64,000 bases of DNA from NCBI GenBank assembly GCA_900768265.1, contig CAAGCF010000004.1, positions 25,881 through 89,880 on the forward strand, read 5' to 3'. Made by a program: the position numbers and the translations under genes. Every line of letters begins with the position of its first letter. The first letter of the stretch is position 1. This DNA is from an uncultured Collinsella sp. GTDB lineage: Bacteria; Actinomycetota; Coriobacteriia; Coriobacteriales; Coriobacteriaceae. The notes beneath the pieces are model-generated. The model saw only the letters and a program-made list of their open reading frames with translations. It did no database searches and was not told where the DNA came from. Positions 1 through 10,670 of this stretch are shown here, piece by piece.

Positions 1-876
1 AGCAATCAGGTGGGCTATGCGCTCACCTCGACGGCAACCGAGCTTGATTGGCATGGGACCGCAACGCTCACCATGAGCATCGACAGCGCGTACTTTGCGG
101 GCAAGGGCTACGCCGTCAAGGTCGACGGTAAGGCCATCGAGCTCTCCGACAAGGGCACCTATGAGCTCAAGGATGTCGAGGGCGACGTGAATGTGACGGT
201 CGAGGGTGTCCTCAAGCACGAGCCCGACGGCTCTGGCTGGGCGCACGACGCTCAGAATCACTGGCACGTCTGCCGCTGCGGCGAGATCATCGACAAGGCT
301 GGGCACACCTTTAAGTGGGTCGTCGACAAGCCGGCGACGGTCGAGGCCAAGGGTGAGAAGCATCAGGAGTGCACCGTCTGCCGCGAGAAGGGCAAGACCG
401 AGGAGATCGCGATTCTGAAGCCCGAGATCACCGACGGTAAGGGCCAGACGATGGTGGTCGAGGCCGCCAAGGACCTGAGCTTCCGCTCGAACGCGCCGCT
501 CGTGTTCTTCCAGAAGGTGCTGGTTGACGATAAGGAGGTCGCTGCCGAGAACTACGTGCTCACCGAGGGCTCTACGATCGTGACGCTCAAGGCGAGCTTC
601 CTGAATACGCTCGGCGTGGGCGAGCATAAGCTGAGCGTGGTTTCGAGCACGGGCACGGCCGAGACGACCTTTACGGTCGCCGAGGCTGCCAAGCCCGCTC
701 CTGGCCAGACCACCACTACCACCACCACTACGACTGCGACATCCAAGCCTAAGAAGAAGGACGGCAAGTCCGCCCTGCCTGCGTCCGGCGATAGCGCGTA
801 CGTTATGGCTGGCGCCGTGCTTGCTGCCGGCGTAGCGGCTCTGCTGTTGGCTTTGGTCGTGAAGCGTCGCTCCTAG
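1..876 (+). CDS. C-terminal part of a sortase-anchored surface protein (5' end outside window)
   Basis: Frame open from base 1; Ig-like/His-Cys repeats, Thr-rich linker, LPASG sorting motif followed by a hydrophobic helix and KRRS tail. Confidence 0.8.
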   Translation, partial: SNQVGYALTSTATELDWHGTATLTMSIDSAYFAGKGYAVKVDGKAIELSDKGTYELKDVEGDVNVTVEGVLKHEPDGSGWAHDAQNHWHVCRCGEIIDKAGHTFKWVVDKPATVEAKGEKHQECTVCREKGKTEEIAILKPEITDGKGQTMVVEAAKDLSFRSNAPLVFFQKVLVDDKEVAAENYVLTEGSTIVTLKASFLNTLGVGEHKLSVVSSTGTAETTFTVAEAAKPAPGQTTTTTTTTTATSKPKKKDGKSALPASGDSAYVMAGAVLAAGVAALLLALVVKRRS

Positions 877-893
877 TCGCGCGACAGCTCCCG

Positions 894-926
894 ACGGGCC
901 CGGATCTCGCCATCCGGGCCCGTTTT
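894..926 (+). terminator. Intrinsic terminator
   Basis: ACGGGCCCGGAT/ATCCGGGCCCGT stem followed by T run, just after the stop codon. Confidence 0.75.
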
Positions 927-946
927 CCAGGGCCACCTGGAAGCCG

Positions 947-1155
947 GTGGGCAAAAAAGTCCAAATATGAGTACTGTCACCATATTAGTAGCAGCCAAAT
1001 GGCCCCAAAATTCCGTTCGTTGGGCCAAAACAGCATTGATTTTCGTCCGACAGTGCCATGAATGTGCCTCAAATAAGGCGATTCTGACGTATTGGACCGA
1101 AAAATCGCTGCCATCAATTTGGTAACAGTACTCATATTTGCCACTTTTTGCCCAC
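947..1155. repeat. MITE-like non-coding element with ~49-bp imperfect terminal inverted repeats
   Basis: GTGGGCAAAAAAGTCCAAATATGAGTACTGTCACCATATT.. at 947 is the near reverse complement of 1107-1155. Confidence 0.7.
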
Positions 1156-1276
1156 TGCCCCTTGGTCCAGGACAATGCGGGCCGCTCGAATCTTGGGGCG
1201 GGTCCATTTTCGGCTATCCTCAGCTTGCCAGTTCGAAAATGGACCTGCCGCATGATTGAATCTTTATTTCAACTTT

Positions 1277-1326
1277 ACACCTAGGTTTACAGCTGTCTTG
1301 TCAGCTGTAAACCTAGGTGTCATACT
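1277..1326 (+). promoter_or_regulatory. nadA promoter with overlapping palindromic operator (probable NiaR site)
   Basis: Perfect 19-bp inverted repeat ACACCTAGGTTTACAGCTG-N6-CAGCTGTAAACCTAGGTGT covering TTGTCA(1298)-17 bp-CATACT(1321); niaR is in the operon. Confidence 0.75.
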
Positions 1327-1361
1327 AAAGCCCCAAGATTCGCCAAAAGAGAGGGGCCTTG

Positions 1362-2387
1362 ATGGCACAGAGCGCGAACATGGATGCATCGGAGCTTGCA
1401 CGCGACATTGCGGCCGGCCTGGCATCGGCAACGACGGCAACGGAGCGCGCGGCATTGGTGCCCGCAGAGCTCGTCGAGGCCATTCAGCAACTTAAAACCC
1501 AACGTGACGCGGTGATCCTGGCACACTATTACGTGGCGCCCGAGGTCCAGGCTGTGGCCGATTACGTCGGTGACAGCTTCTATCTGGCAAAGCTTGCCAA
1601 GAGCCTGCCGCAGCAGACCATTGTGCTGTGCGGCGTGGAGTTTATGGGCGAGAGCGCCAAGCTGCTCAATCCCACCAAGACGGTGCTGCTGCCCGAGCCG
1701 GGCGCGGACTGCCCCATGGCTCATATGGTCAAGCGCGAGACAGTCGATGCGGCGCGCGCCGAGTACGGCGATGACCTTGCCGTGGTCTGCTACGTCAACT
1801 CCACAGTCGAGATCAAGAGCTGGAGCGACGTGTGCGTCACCAGCTCCAACGCCGTCAAGATCGTGTCCGAGCTGCCGCAGCAGCATATCCTGTTCATTCC
1901 CGACCAAAACCTCGGCCGCTTCGTAGCCGAGCAGGTGCCGCAAAAGCACGTCATTCTCAACAACGGCTACTGCCCGCGCCATCACATCATCACCGTCGAG
2001 CAGATCGTCGACGCGACGGAGGCCCACCCCGACGCGCTCGTGCTGGCGCATCCTGAGTGCAAGGCCGACGTCTTGGCCGAGGCCGACTACATCGGCTCCA
2101 CCGCCGGCATCATCAAGTACGCCGAGGAGTCCGACGCGAGCGAGTTCATTATCGTGACGGTCCGTGGCGTGCTCTACGAGCTCGAGCGCCGCTGCCAGGG
2201 CACCGGCAAGAAGTTCTACTTCCCCGCGGTGCAGCCCACCTGCGTCAACATGGATCTCATCACGCTCGAAAAGCTCGTGCGCTGCCTGGAGACGGGCGAG
2301 GGCGAGGTGCAGATTGGCGTGTCGGACGAGGCCGCCGATCAGGCCAAGCTCACGCTCGACCGCATGCTCGAGTACGCAGCGCACTAG
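1362..2387 (+). CDS. nadA: Quinolinate synthase
   Basis: AHYY, GDS, LCGVEFMGESAK, CPMA, YVNS, HPEC motifs; Fe-S cysteines. Confidence 0.95.
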   Translation: MAQSANMDASELARDIAAGLASATTATERAALVPAELVEAIQQLKTQRDAVILAHYYVAPEVQAVADYVGDSFYLAKLAKSLPQQTIVLCGVEFMGESAKLLNPTKTVLLPEPGADCPMAHMVKRETVDAARAEYGDDLAVVCYVNSTVEIKSWSDVCVTSSNAVKIVSELPQQHILFIPDQNLGRFVAEQVPQKHVILNNGYCPRHHIITVEQIVDATEAHPDALVLAHPECKADVLAEADYIGSTAGIIKYAEESDASEFIIVTVRGVLYELERRCQGTGKKFYFPAVQPTCVNMDLITLEKLVRCLETGEGEVQIGVSDEAADQAKLTLDRMLEYAAH

Positions 2388-2442
2388 AACAATGCGGCAT
2401 GAGGGACGGTCCCTTATGTCACATTCAAGGGAGAGGATTCCT

Positions 2443-3819
2443 GTGGAAACCAAGCAATACCCCGATATGGAGTGCGACGTCGTTATTGCCGGCTGCGGCG
2501 TAGCGGGCCTGTATGCGGCTCTCAACCTGCCGACGAGCATGCGCGTGATCATGCTCTCCAAGGGCGCTGTCGACGAGTGCGATTCGATGCTCGCGCAGGG
2601 CGGCATTTGCGTGCTGCCCGAGGGCTCGGACTACGATGCCTTCTTTGAGGACACCATGCACGCCGGCCACTACGAGAACCGCCGCGAGAGCGTCGACATC
2701 ATGATCCGCTCGAGCCGCTCGGTCATCAACGACCTGCTAGCGATGGGCGTGGATTTTGAGCGCAAGGCGGATGGCAGCCTCGACTTTACCCGCGAGGGCG
2801 CACACAGCCGTCCGCGCATTGCCTTCCATGCCGATATCACCGGCAAGGAGATTACGACCAAGCTGCTTCAGGCCGTTCGCAAGCTGGACAACGTGCAGAT
2901 TTTGGAGCACGTGGCCATGACCGACATCCTGACGGGCGAGCGTGACGGCGCCACGGTGTGTGCCGGTGTCGTCGCCGTTCCCGTGGACGAGGACAACTCG
3001 GTTCGCCCCGCCGACGAGCTGGCAAATGCCGCCGAGGGCGTGCATGCCGGCGAGCCGTTTAAGATCCATGCCCGTCATACGTTGTGGGCAACGGGCGGCA
3101 TCGGCGGCGTGTACGATCACTCGACCAACTACCCGCAGCTCACGGGCGATGCCTGCTACATCGCTCAGGAGCATGGCATTAAGATGGAGCATCTGGACTA
3201 CGTGCAGATCCACCCCACGGGACTGTTCTCGCCGCAGCCAGGCCGCACCTTCCTGATCAGCGAGAGCTGCCGCGGCGAGGGCGCGATTTTGCTCAACGCC
3301 GCCGGTGAGCGCTTTACCGACGAGCTTCAGCCGCGCGATGTGGTCGCCGCCGCTATTCGCGAGCAGATGAAGCAGGACGGTACCGAGCACGAGTGGCTGA
3401 GCTTTGCCCCCGTCGAGCGCGATGTAGTGACCGGGCACTTTGCCAACATTCGCGCACGCTGCTTGGAGGACGGCCGCGACATCTTGGACGAGCCCATCCC
3501 CGTTACGCCTACGCAGCACTACTTTATGGGCGGCGTGTGGGTCGACAAGGACGGCCGCACCTCGATGCCCGAGCTCTACGCCGCCGGCGAGACGGCCTGC
3601 AACGGCGTGCACGGCAAGAATCGCCTGGCTTCCAACAGCCTGCTCGAGTCCCTGGTTTGGGGCCGCCGTGCCGCCTGGTGCATGCGCACCGGCGAGTCGC
3701 TCGCCGTGGAGCAGGCGGGCGAGCCCGCGCTCGATGGCTGCCATCGCGCTCTGAGCGCCGATACCTTGGCGATCGATGATTTGGCCCGTGCCGCCGGCAC
3801 GCAGGCCGTGGAGGAGTAG
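2443..3819 (+). CDS. nadB: L-aspartate oxidase (GTG start chosen from SD; could start at 2392 or 2416)
   Basis: GxGxxG FAD site, SMLAQGGI, EGAHS, QIHPT, HYFMGG, GVHGKNRLASNSLLE; between nadA and nadC. Confidence 0.93.
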   Translation: METKQYPDMECDVVIAGCGVAGLYAALNLPTSMRVIMLSKGAVDECDSMLAQGGICVLPEGSDYDAFFEDTMHAGHYENRRESVDIMIRSSRSVINDLLAMGVDFERKADGSLDFTREGAHSRPRIAFHADITGKEITTKLLQAVRKLDNVQILEHVAMTDILTGERDGATVCAGVVAVPVDEDNSVRPADELANAAEGVHAGEPFKIHARHTLWATGGIGGVYDHSTNYPQLTGDACYIAQEHGIKMEHLDYVQIHPTGLFSPQPGRTFLISESCRGEGAILLNAAGERFTDELQPRDVVAAAIREQMKQDGTEHEWLSFAPVERDVVTGHFANIRARCLEDGRDILDEPIPVTPTQHYFMGGVWVDKDGRTSMPELYAAGETACNGVHGKNRLASNSLLESLVWGRRAAWCMRTGESLAVEQAGEPALDGCHRALSADTLAIDDLARAAGTQAVEE

Positions 3820-3822
3820 ACC

Positions 3823-4683
3823 ATGAATCCCATTACCATGAAGCTCGTCGTCGATGATCTGATTCTGCAGGCCCTGCGCGAGGACATCACGTTTGAGGAT
3901 GTGAGCACGGCGAGTGTGTGCCCCACGGCGCGCCCCGCCACGGTGGAGCTTATCGCCAAGGCCGATGGCATCATCGCGGGCCTGGATGTGTTCGCTCGCA
4001 CCTTTGAGCTGCTGGATTCGCAGAGCTCGGTGCTGTTTGATGTTGCCGACGGTGACGAGGTGCACGCCGGCGACCACGTGGGCCAGGTGCGCGGCGATGC
4101 GCGCGTGCTGCTTTCGGGCGAGCGCGTGGCGCTCAACTACCTGCAGCGCATGAGCGGTATCGCTACCTATACGCACAGAATGGCAGCGGCGCTCGAGGGT
4201 ACCAAGACCGTGCTCGTCGACACACGCAAGACCACGCCGGGCATGCGCGTGTTTGAGAAGGCGGCGGTTGAGATCGGCGGCGGCAGCAACCATCGCTACA
4301 ACCTGTCGACAGCCGTCATGCTCAAGGACAACCACATCGATGCCGCCGGTGGCGTGACGCGCGCGATCGAGATGGCGCGCGCCCACGCGTCGTTTACCAC
4401 GACGGTCGAGATTGAGTGCGAGAACCTGAATATGGTGCGCGAGGCAGTTGAGGCCGGTGCCGATATCATCATGTTCGACAACATGACCCACGACGATATG
4501 GCTGCCGCGATTGAGCTTATCGCCGGCCGCGCCAAGACCGAGTGTTCGGGCAACGTGGACGCCAGCAATATCCGCGCGCTCGCCGACCTGGGCGTTGACT
4601 TTATTAGCTCGGGGGCGCTGACGCACTCCGCGCCGATCCTCGACCTCTCGCTTAAGCACCTGCGTCTGCTGGACGGTAAATAA
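3823..4683 (+). CDS. nadC: Nicotinate-nucleotide pyrophosphorylase (carboxylating)
   Basis: ERVALN..SGIAT, DTRKTTPG, HRYNL, LKDNH motifs. Confidence 0.95.
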   Translation: MNPITMKLVVDDLILQALREDITFEDVSTASVCPTARPATVELIAKADGIIAGLDVFARTFELLDSQSSVLFDVADGDEVHAGDHVGQVRGDARVLLSGERVALNYLQRMSGIATYTHRMAAALEGTKTVLVDTRKTTPGMRVFEKAAVEIGGGSNHRYNLSTAVMLKDNHIDAAGGVTRAIEMARAHASFTTTVEIECENLNMVREAVEAGADIIMFDNMTHDDMAAAIELIAGRAKTECSGNVDASNIRALADLGVDFISSGALTHSAPILDLSLKHLRLLDGK

Positions 4684-5228
4684 TGAACGCCCGCGAGCGT
4701 CGCCGTGCCATCATGGGCGTGCTCGAGGGAGCCAAGGGGCCCGTATCGGGCAGCGCGCTTGCCCGCGAGGTGGGTGTGAGCCGCCAGGTCGTGGTGCAGG
4801 ACATCGCCCTGCTGCGCGCCGATGGGCACGATATCGTGGCGACCAACCGCGGCTACGTGCTGCAGGAAGCCGCGAGTAGCCCCGCCGTGCCCACGCGTCT
4901 TGTTAAGGTGCGCCACAGTGTGGAGCAGGCGGGCGACGAGCTTACGAGTATCGTCGACGCGGGTGGCGCCGTGCTCAATGTGATCGTCAACCATCGTGTG
5001 TACGGCAAGATCACGGCCGACCTGGACATCCGCAACCGCCGCGATGTCGAGCGCTACCTAGAGGGCATCGCCAGCGGCAAGAGCTTCCCGCTGCTGACGG
5101 TGACCAGCGGCTACCACTTTCACCGCATTGCGGCAGAAGACGAGCAGACCCTCGACGAGATCGAGGCCATACTCAAGGAGAAGGGCTACCTTGCCGATTT
5201 AATGCCTTACGAGGACGACCTGTCCTAG
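4683..5228 (+). CDS. niaR: Niacin-responsive repressor (HTH_11 + 3H domain)
   Basis: HTH VSRQVVVQDIALLR plus 3H-domain histidines (H, HRVYG, HFH); coupled to nadC. Confidence 0.9.
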   Translation: MNARERRRAIMGVLEGAKGPVSGSALAREVGVSRQVVVQDIALLRADGHDIVATNRGYVLQEAASSPAVPTRLVKVRHSVEQAGDELTSIVDAGGAVLNVIVNHRVYGKITADLDIRNRRDVERYLEGIASGKSFPLLTVTSGYHFHRIAAEDEQTLDEIEAILKEKGYLADLMPYEDDLS

Positions 5229-5241
5229 TAACGACGAATGC

Positions 5242-5280
5242 AAAAGGAGGCCTCCGCGGCGATGCGGAGGCCTCCTTTTT
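5242..5280. terminator. Bidirectional terminator
   Basis: AAAAGGAGGCCTCCGC/GCGGAGGCCTCCTTTT between convergent genes. Confidence 0.85.
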
Positions 5281-5319
5281 GTGCACGGTGTACTTTTGAG
5301 TGTGCAAGTGCGGGAGTTG

Positions 5320-5505
5320 TTACTCCTCGACGATCTCGGTGATCGCGCCAGCGGGGCAAGCGTCCTGGCAAGCGCCACAGGCGACGCAGGAGTCCTCGTC
5401 AGCGACGGTGGCGACGTCCTGGAGCTCCAGAACGCCAGCGGGGCAGGAGTCGACGCAAACGCCACAAGCGATGCACTCGTCGGCATCAATTACGGGATGA
5501 GCCAT
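5320..5505 (-). CDS. 2[4Fe-4S] ferredoxin
   Basis: Two CxxCxxCxxxCP motifs in 61 aa; SD GAGAGGA. Confidence 0.93.
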   Translation of the reverse strand: MAHPVIDADECIACGVCVDSCPAGVLELQDVATVADEDSCVACGACQDACPAGAITEIVEE

Positions 5506-5726
5506 GGTAGTTTCCTCTCTGTTGACCGACGCTACAGACGATGCGCGTCGGTTTGATTCGGGCAAAAACATACCACGGGAGCGACCGTTTGCAATACCCT
5601 CTGGCCGGCATCTTCATACCGTTCGCCGAGTATGCCAAGGTTTACTAAAAAACACGCAGGTGGGGCCGCTGAGCTGCGCAAATGTTAGCTATAGGTGACT
5701 TGTAATATTGACCTATTGAGCGCGCC

Positions 5727-5840
5727 TGCGGAAAGGGCATCCCGTTATTTGGCCGAAAAACGGGTCGCAGCTTCCGGTTGGACCGCCCGGCGGAAACTGT
5801 GTCCCAGAATTCGCGCTCAGACCGGGATACCCTTTCCGCA
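5727..5840. repeat. Double-hairpin intergenic repeat element
   Basis: TGCGGAAAGGGCATCCCG / CGGGATACCCTTTCCGCA arms; internal units resemble those inside 55685-55955. Confidence 0.6.
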
Positions 5841-5964
5841 AGGCAGCCCCAGGCACCTTCGGACCCAAACCTCAGCCATCTCTACATAGATCTCAATAGA
5901 TTTGCCGAGAACTCAATCAGCGCATCTACCTGCGCATTTAAGAACCTAAACTCTCAGCAATAAG

Positions 5965-5991
5965 AAATCTTATATGAATTGACTTAGATTT
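5965..5991. promoter_or_regulatory. Probable HspR operator (HAIR variant) upstream of dnaK
   Basis: AAATCTTATA-N7-ACTTAGATTT, identical arms also upstream of clpB. Confidence 0.7.
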
Positions 5992-6100
5992 TGTATATTC
6001 CAGCCCATAAGGGGATACACTACATCCTGAAAGACAAGCCGAAGCGCCGCGCGACAGACCGTCGAGGCGACGCGAACGCAAAAGAGAGAGGGAATTTCTA

Positions 6101-7993
<1,893 letters not shown>

Positions 7994-7995
7994 TC

Positions 7996-8838
7996 ATGTC
8001 CGCCCGTAAAGCTCGCACGGAGGCGGCCGCCACTGGCGCCGCCCCCGTTGACTCTGAGGAGAAGGACGTGAAGATTCCCGTAGAGGCCGTCGACGATACC
8101 GAGGCCAACGAGGCCGAGGCCGCCGAGGCTGCCGAGAACCAGGTAGAGGATTCCAACAAGGAGGCGACGATGACCGAGGACGAGATGGTGGAAGCCGCTA
8201 TCCGCGCCGGTGAGGAAGCCGCCGACAACGACTTTAAGCTCAAGTTCGAGCAGGCCCAAAAGGAGCTTACCGACGTGCGCAGCGAGCTCGATGCTGCGGC
8301 AGAGGCCCAGAAGGCCGCCGAGGACAAGGCGAAGGACGCCACCGAGCGCACTGCCCGTCTACAGGCCGACTGGGAGAACTTCCGTCGCCGCACCGCCAAC
8401 GAGCGCATCGCCGAGCGCGAGCGCGCGACCGAGAAGCTTGTCACCGCGCTGTTGCCGGTGATCGACGATATCGAGCGCGCGATCGACCATGCCCGCAGCC
8501 AAGAGCTTTCCGACGACTTTAAGCAGTTCGTCGACGGCGTCGATGCGGTTCATGCCAAGCTGCTCGATGTGTTTGCGCACGAGGGCGTTGAGCCCATCGA
8601 CCCCAAGGGCGAGGCGTTCGATCCGCTCGAGCACCAGGCTGTGGGTCGTGTCGAGGACGCATCGCAGTACGACGAGACCGTCAACGACGTGTACCAGAAG
8701 GGCTACCGCATGGCGGACCGCATCCTGCGCTCCGCGATGGTGACGGTGACCTACGGTGGCGAGAAGCGCCCCGCACCGGAGCCCGAAGCGGCGCCCGAGG
8801 ATGCTGCGGCCGATACGGCTGAGAGCACCGAGGAGTAA
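7996..8838 (+). CDS. grpE: Nucleotide exchange factor GrpE
   Basis: ADWENFRRR, FDPLEHQA, QKGY..RILRSAMV; after dnaK. Confidence 0.96.
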   Translation: MSARKARTEAAATGAAPVDSEEKDVKIPVEAVDDTEANEAEAAEAAENQVEDSNKEATMTEDEMVEAAIRAGEEAADNDFKLKFEQAQKELTDVRSELDAAAEAQKAAEDKAKDATERTARLQADWENFRRRTANERIAERERATEKLVTALLPVIDDIERAIDHARSQELSDDFKQFVDGVDAVHAKLLDVFAHEGVEPIDPKGEAFDPLEHQAVGRVEDASQYDETVNDVYQKGYRMADRILRSAMVTVTYGGEKRPAPEPEAAPEDAAADTAESTEE

Positions 8839-8841
8839 TTG

Positions 8842-8876
8842 AGAAGGGCCCCGGGGCAACACCCGGGGCCCTTTCT
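8842..8876 (+). terminator. Terminator-like hairpin after grpE
   Basis: AGAAGGGCCCCGGG/CCCGGGGCCCTTTCT. Confidence 0.7.
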
Positions 8877-8945
8877 GGCCTAGTGCCATATGAAAGCATG
8901 AGCCGCCGCCCGCTGGGCGGCGGATGAAACAGGAGAGGAGCTGCG

Positions 8946-9911
8946 ATGGCTGCAGGCAAAACCTTCTATGACATCCTGGGCGTATCCAAGAGCGCCTCCG
9001 ACAAAGAGATCAAGAGCGCGTTTCGCAAGCTCGCGCAAAAATATCACCCCGATGCCGGCGGCGACGAGGCCAAGTTCAAGGAGATTAGCGAGGCCTACGA
9101 GACGCTTTCGGACGAGAAGAAGCGCAAAGAGTACGACCAGATGCTCATGTTTGGCGGCATGCCGGGCGCAGGCGGCGCGTATGGCGGCGGCTACGGTGCC
9201 GGCGCGGGCGCCAGCGGCTGGGGCGACATCTTCGACAGCATCTTTAGCGGCAACGGCGCCTGGGGCAGCGATTGGGGCTCGGGCTTTGCCGGGGCCGCGG
9301 GCGCTGCCGGTGCGGGCGCGGGCCGCAACCGCGCGCGCAAGGGTGGCGACCTGTCGCTGACTGTCGACGTAACGGCCGAGGACGCGTTTCGCGGCGTGAC
9401 GCACAAGGTCACCTATCGCATTCCCTCGACAGGCGAGCAGCAGACCATTACGGTCTCGGTGCCCGCGGGCGCGGTCGACGGCGGCAAATTGCGTTACAAG
9501 CGCCGCGGCGAGTACGGCGTTGCCGGAGGCGAGCGCGGCGACCTGGTCGTGACCACGCATGTGGAGGAGCATCCGCTGTTTAAGCGCAAGGGTGCCGATG
9601 TGACCATGGAGGTGCCGGTCTCGGTCTACGAGGCGGCGCTCGGCTGCACGGTGGATGTGCCCACGCCCGGCGGCGCGACGGTTCGTCTGAAGGTGCCCGC
9701 TGGCACCCAGACGGGCAAGAAGTTCCGCTTTAAAGAGATGGGCGCGCCCGACGTTAAGCACCGTGGTCGTACGGGCGCGCTGCTCGTCGAGATCAAGGTG
9801 CAGGTCCCCACGAGCCTGTCCGACGATGAGCGCGATGCCATGACCAAGCTGCGCGAGGCCGACACGCGCGATTATCGCGAGAAGGTCAACCGTTACAAGG
9901 CGACGTACTAG
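8946..9911 (+). CDS. dnaJ: DnaJ-family co-chaperone lacking the zinc finger (type II/CbpA-like)
   Basis: J domain with HPD, G/F-rich region, C-terminal domain, no CxxCxGxG repeats. Confidence 0.9.
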   Translation: MAAGKTFYDILGVSKSASDKEIKSAFRKLAQKYHPDAGGDEAKFKEISEAYETLSDEKKRKEYDQMLMFGGMPGAGGAYGGGYGAGAGASGWGDIFDSIFSGNGAWGSDWGSGFAGAAGAAGAGAGRNRARKGGDLSLTVDVTAEDAFRGVTHKVTYRIPSTGEQQTITVSVPAGAVDGGKLRYKRRGEYGVAGGERGDLVVTTHVEEHPLFKRKGADVTMEVPVSVYEAALGCTVDVPTPGGATVRLKVPAGTQTGKKFRFKEMGAPDVKHRGRTGALLVEIKVQVPTSLSDDERDAMTKLREADTRDYREKVNRYKATY

Positions 9912-9983
9912 GGCGGTCGCGGCGCACGCCCACGCCCGCGGGCTTATGATGGACGATAACGAGACGGAAAGGGGTCAGGTAGC

Positions 9984-10400
9984 ATGGCCGAGGACAATAG
10001 GAACAAACCGCTGTACATGATCAGCGTGGCGGCCGAGCTGACCGGCATGCACCCGCAGACTCTGCGCGTCTACGAGTCCAAGGGCCTGGTGAATCCTCAG
10101 CGCTCGGGCGGTAACACGCGCCTGTATTCGCGTGCCGATATCGAGCGTCTGGAACTCATCAACCAACTGACCGACGAGGGCATCAACCTCGCCGGCGTGG
10201 TGCGCATCCTCGATATGAAGGAGCGTGCTGAGGAGCGCGAGCGCGAGAACGAGAAGCTCCGCGCCCGCGTACGCCAGCTCGAGGACGAGCTGCACGAGTA
10301 CAAGATGCAAAAGAAGATTACCGCCCTGGCCCCGCGCGACGGCTCGGTCAACCCCGAGCAAGTCATGCGCAAGCTGCTGGGCGCCGGAGGAGACCTGTAG
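9984..10400 (+). CDS. hspR: Heat-shock repressor HspR (MerR family)
   Basis: YMISVAAELTGMHPQTLR..G.NLAGV signature; last gene of dnaK operon. Confidence 0.95.
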   Translation: MAEDNRNKPLYMISVAAELTGMHPQTLRVYESKGLVNPQRSGGNTRLYSRADIERLELINQLTDEGINLAGVVRILDMKERAEERERENEKLRARVRQLEDELHEYKMQKKITALAPRDGSVNPEQVMRKLLGAGGDL

Positions 10401-10402
10401 GC

Positions 10403-10533
10403 ACTCATTGGGGACAGACTTAAATGAGTACCCGCAGAATGAGAGTGGATAATCTCCCGTTTTTTGCCTGTTTGCAGGCTCAAAGTGGGAGATTATCCAC
10501 TCTCGTCATTTGAGCGTCTAAGTCTGCCTCCCC
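10403..10533. repeat. REP/REPIN-like element (GGGGACAGACTTA family) enclosing an 18-bp-arm hairpin
   Basis: 10405-10429 identical to 55688-55712; internal IR GAGAGTGGATAATCTCCC/GGGAGATTATCCACTCTC at 10441-10504; degenerate right end. Confidence 0.7.
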
Positions 10534-10670
10534 GGGACCCAACTCGTCCTTTACTTTACTGAGATAAAGTGAACGTGTAGATTCGTAACCCACTCGCAAC
10601 CGTTCTATGGCACGATATTGAACGAATGTATGCTATGCGCCCGAGCTTTTCGGGCAGAGTGGGAGACAGT

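Noticed and set aside
708..740. ACC/ACT trinucleotide run as a phase-variation tract
   Set aside because: In-frame poly-Thr linker of a surface protein; cannot switch frame
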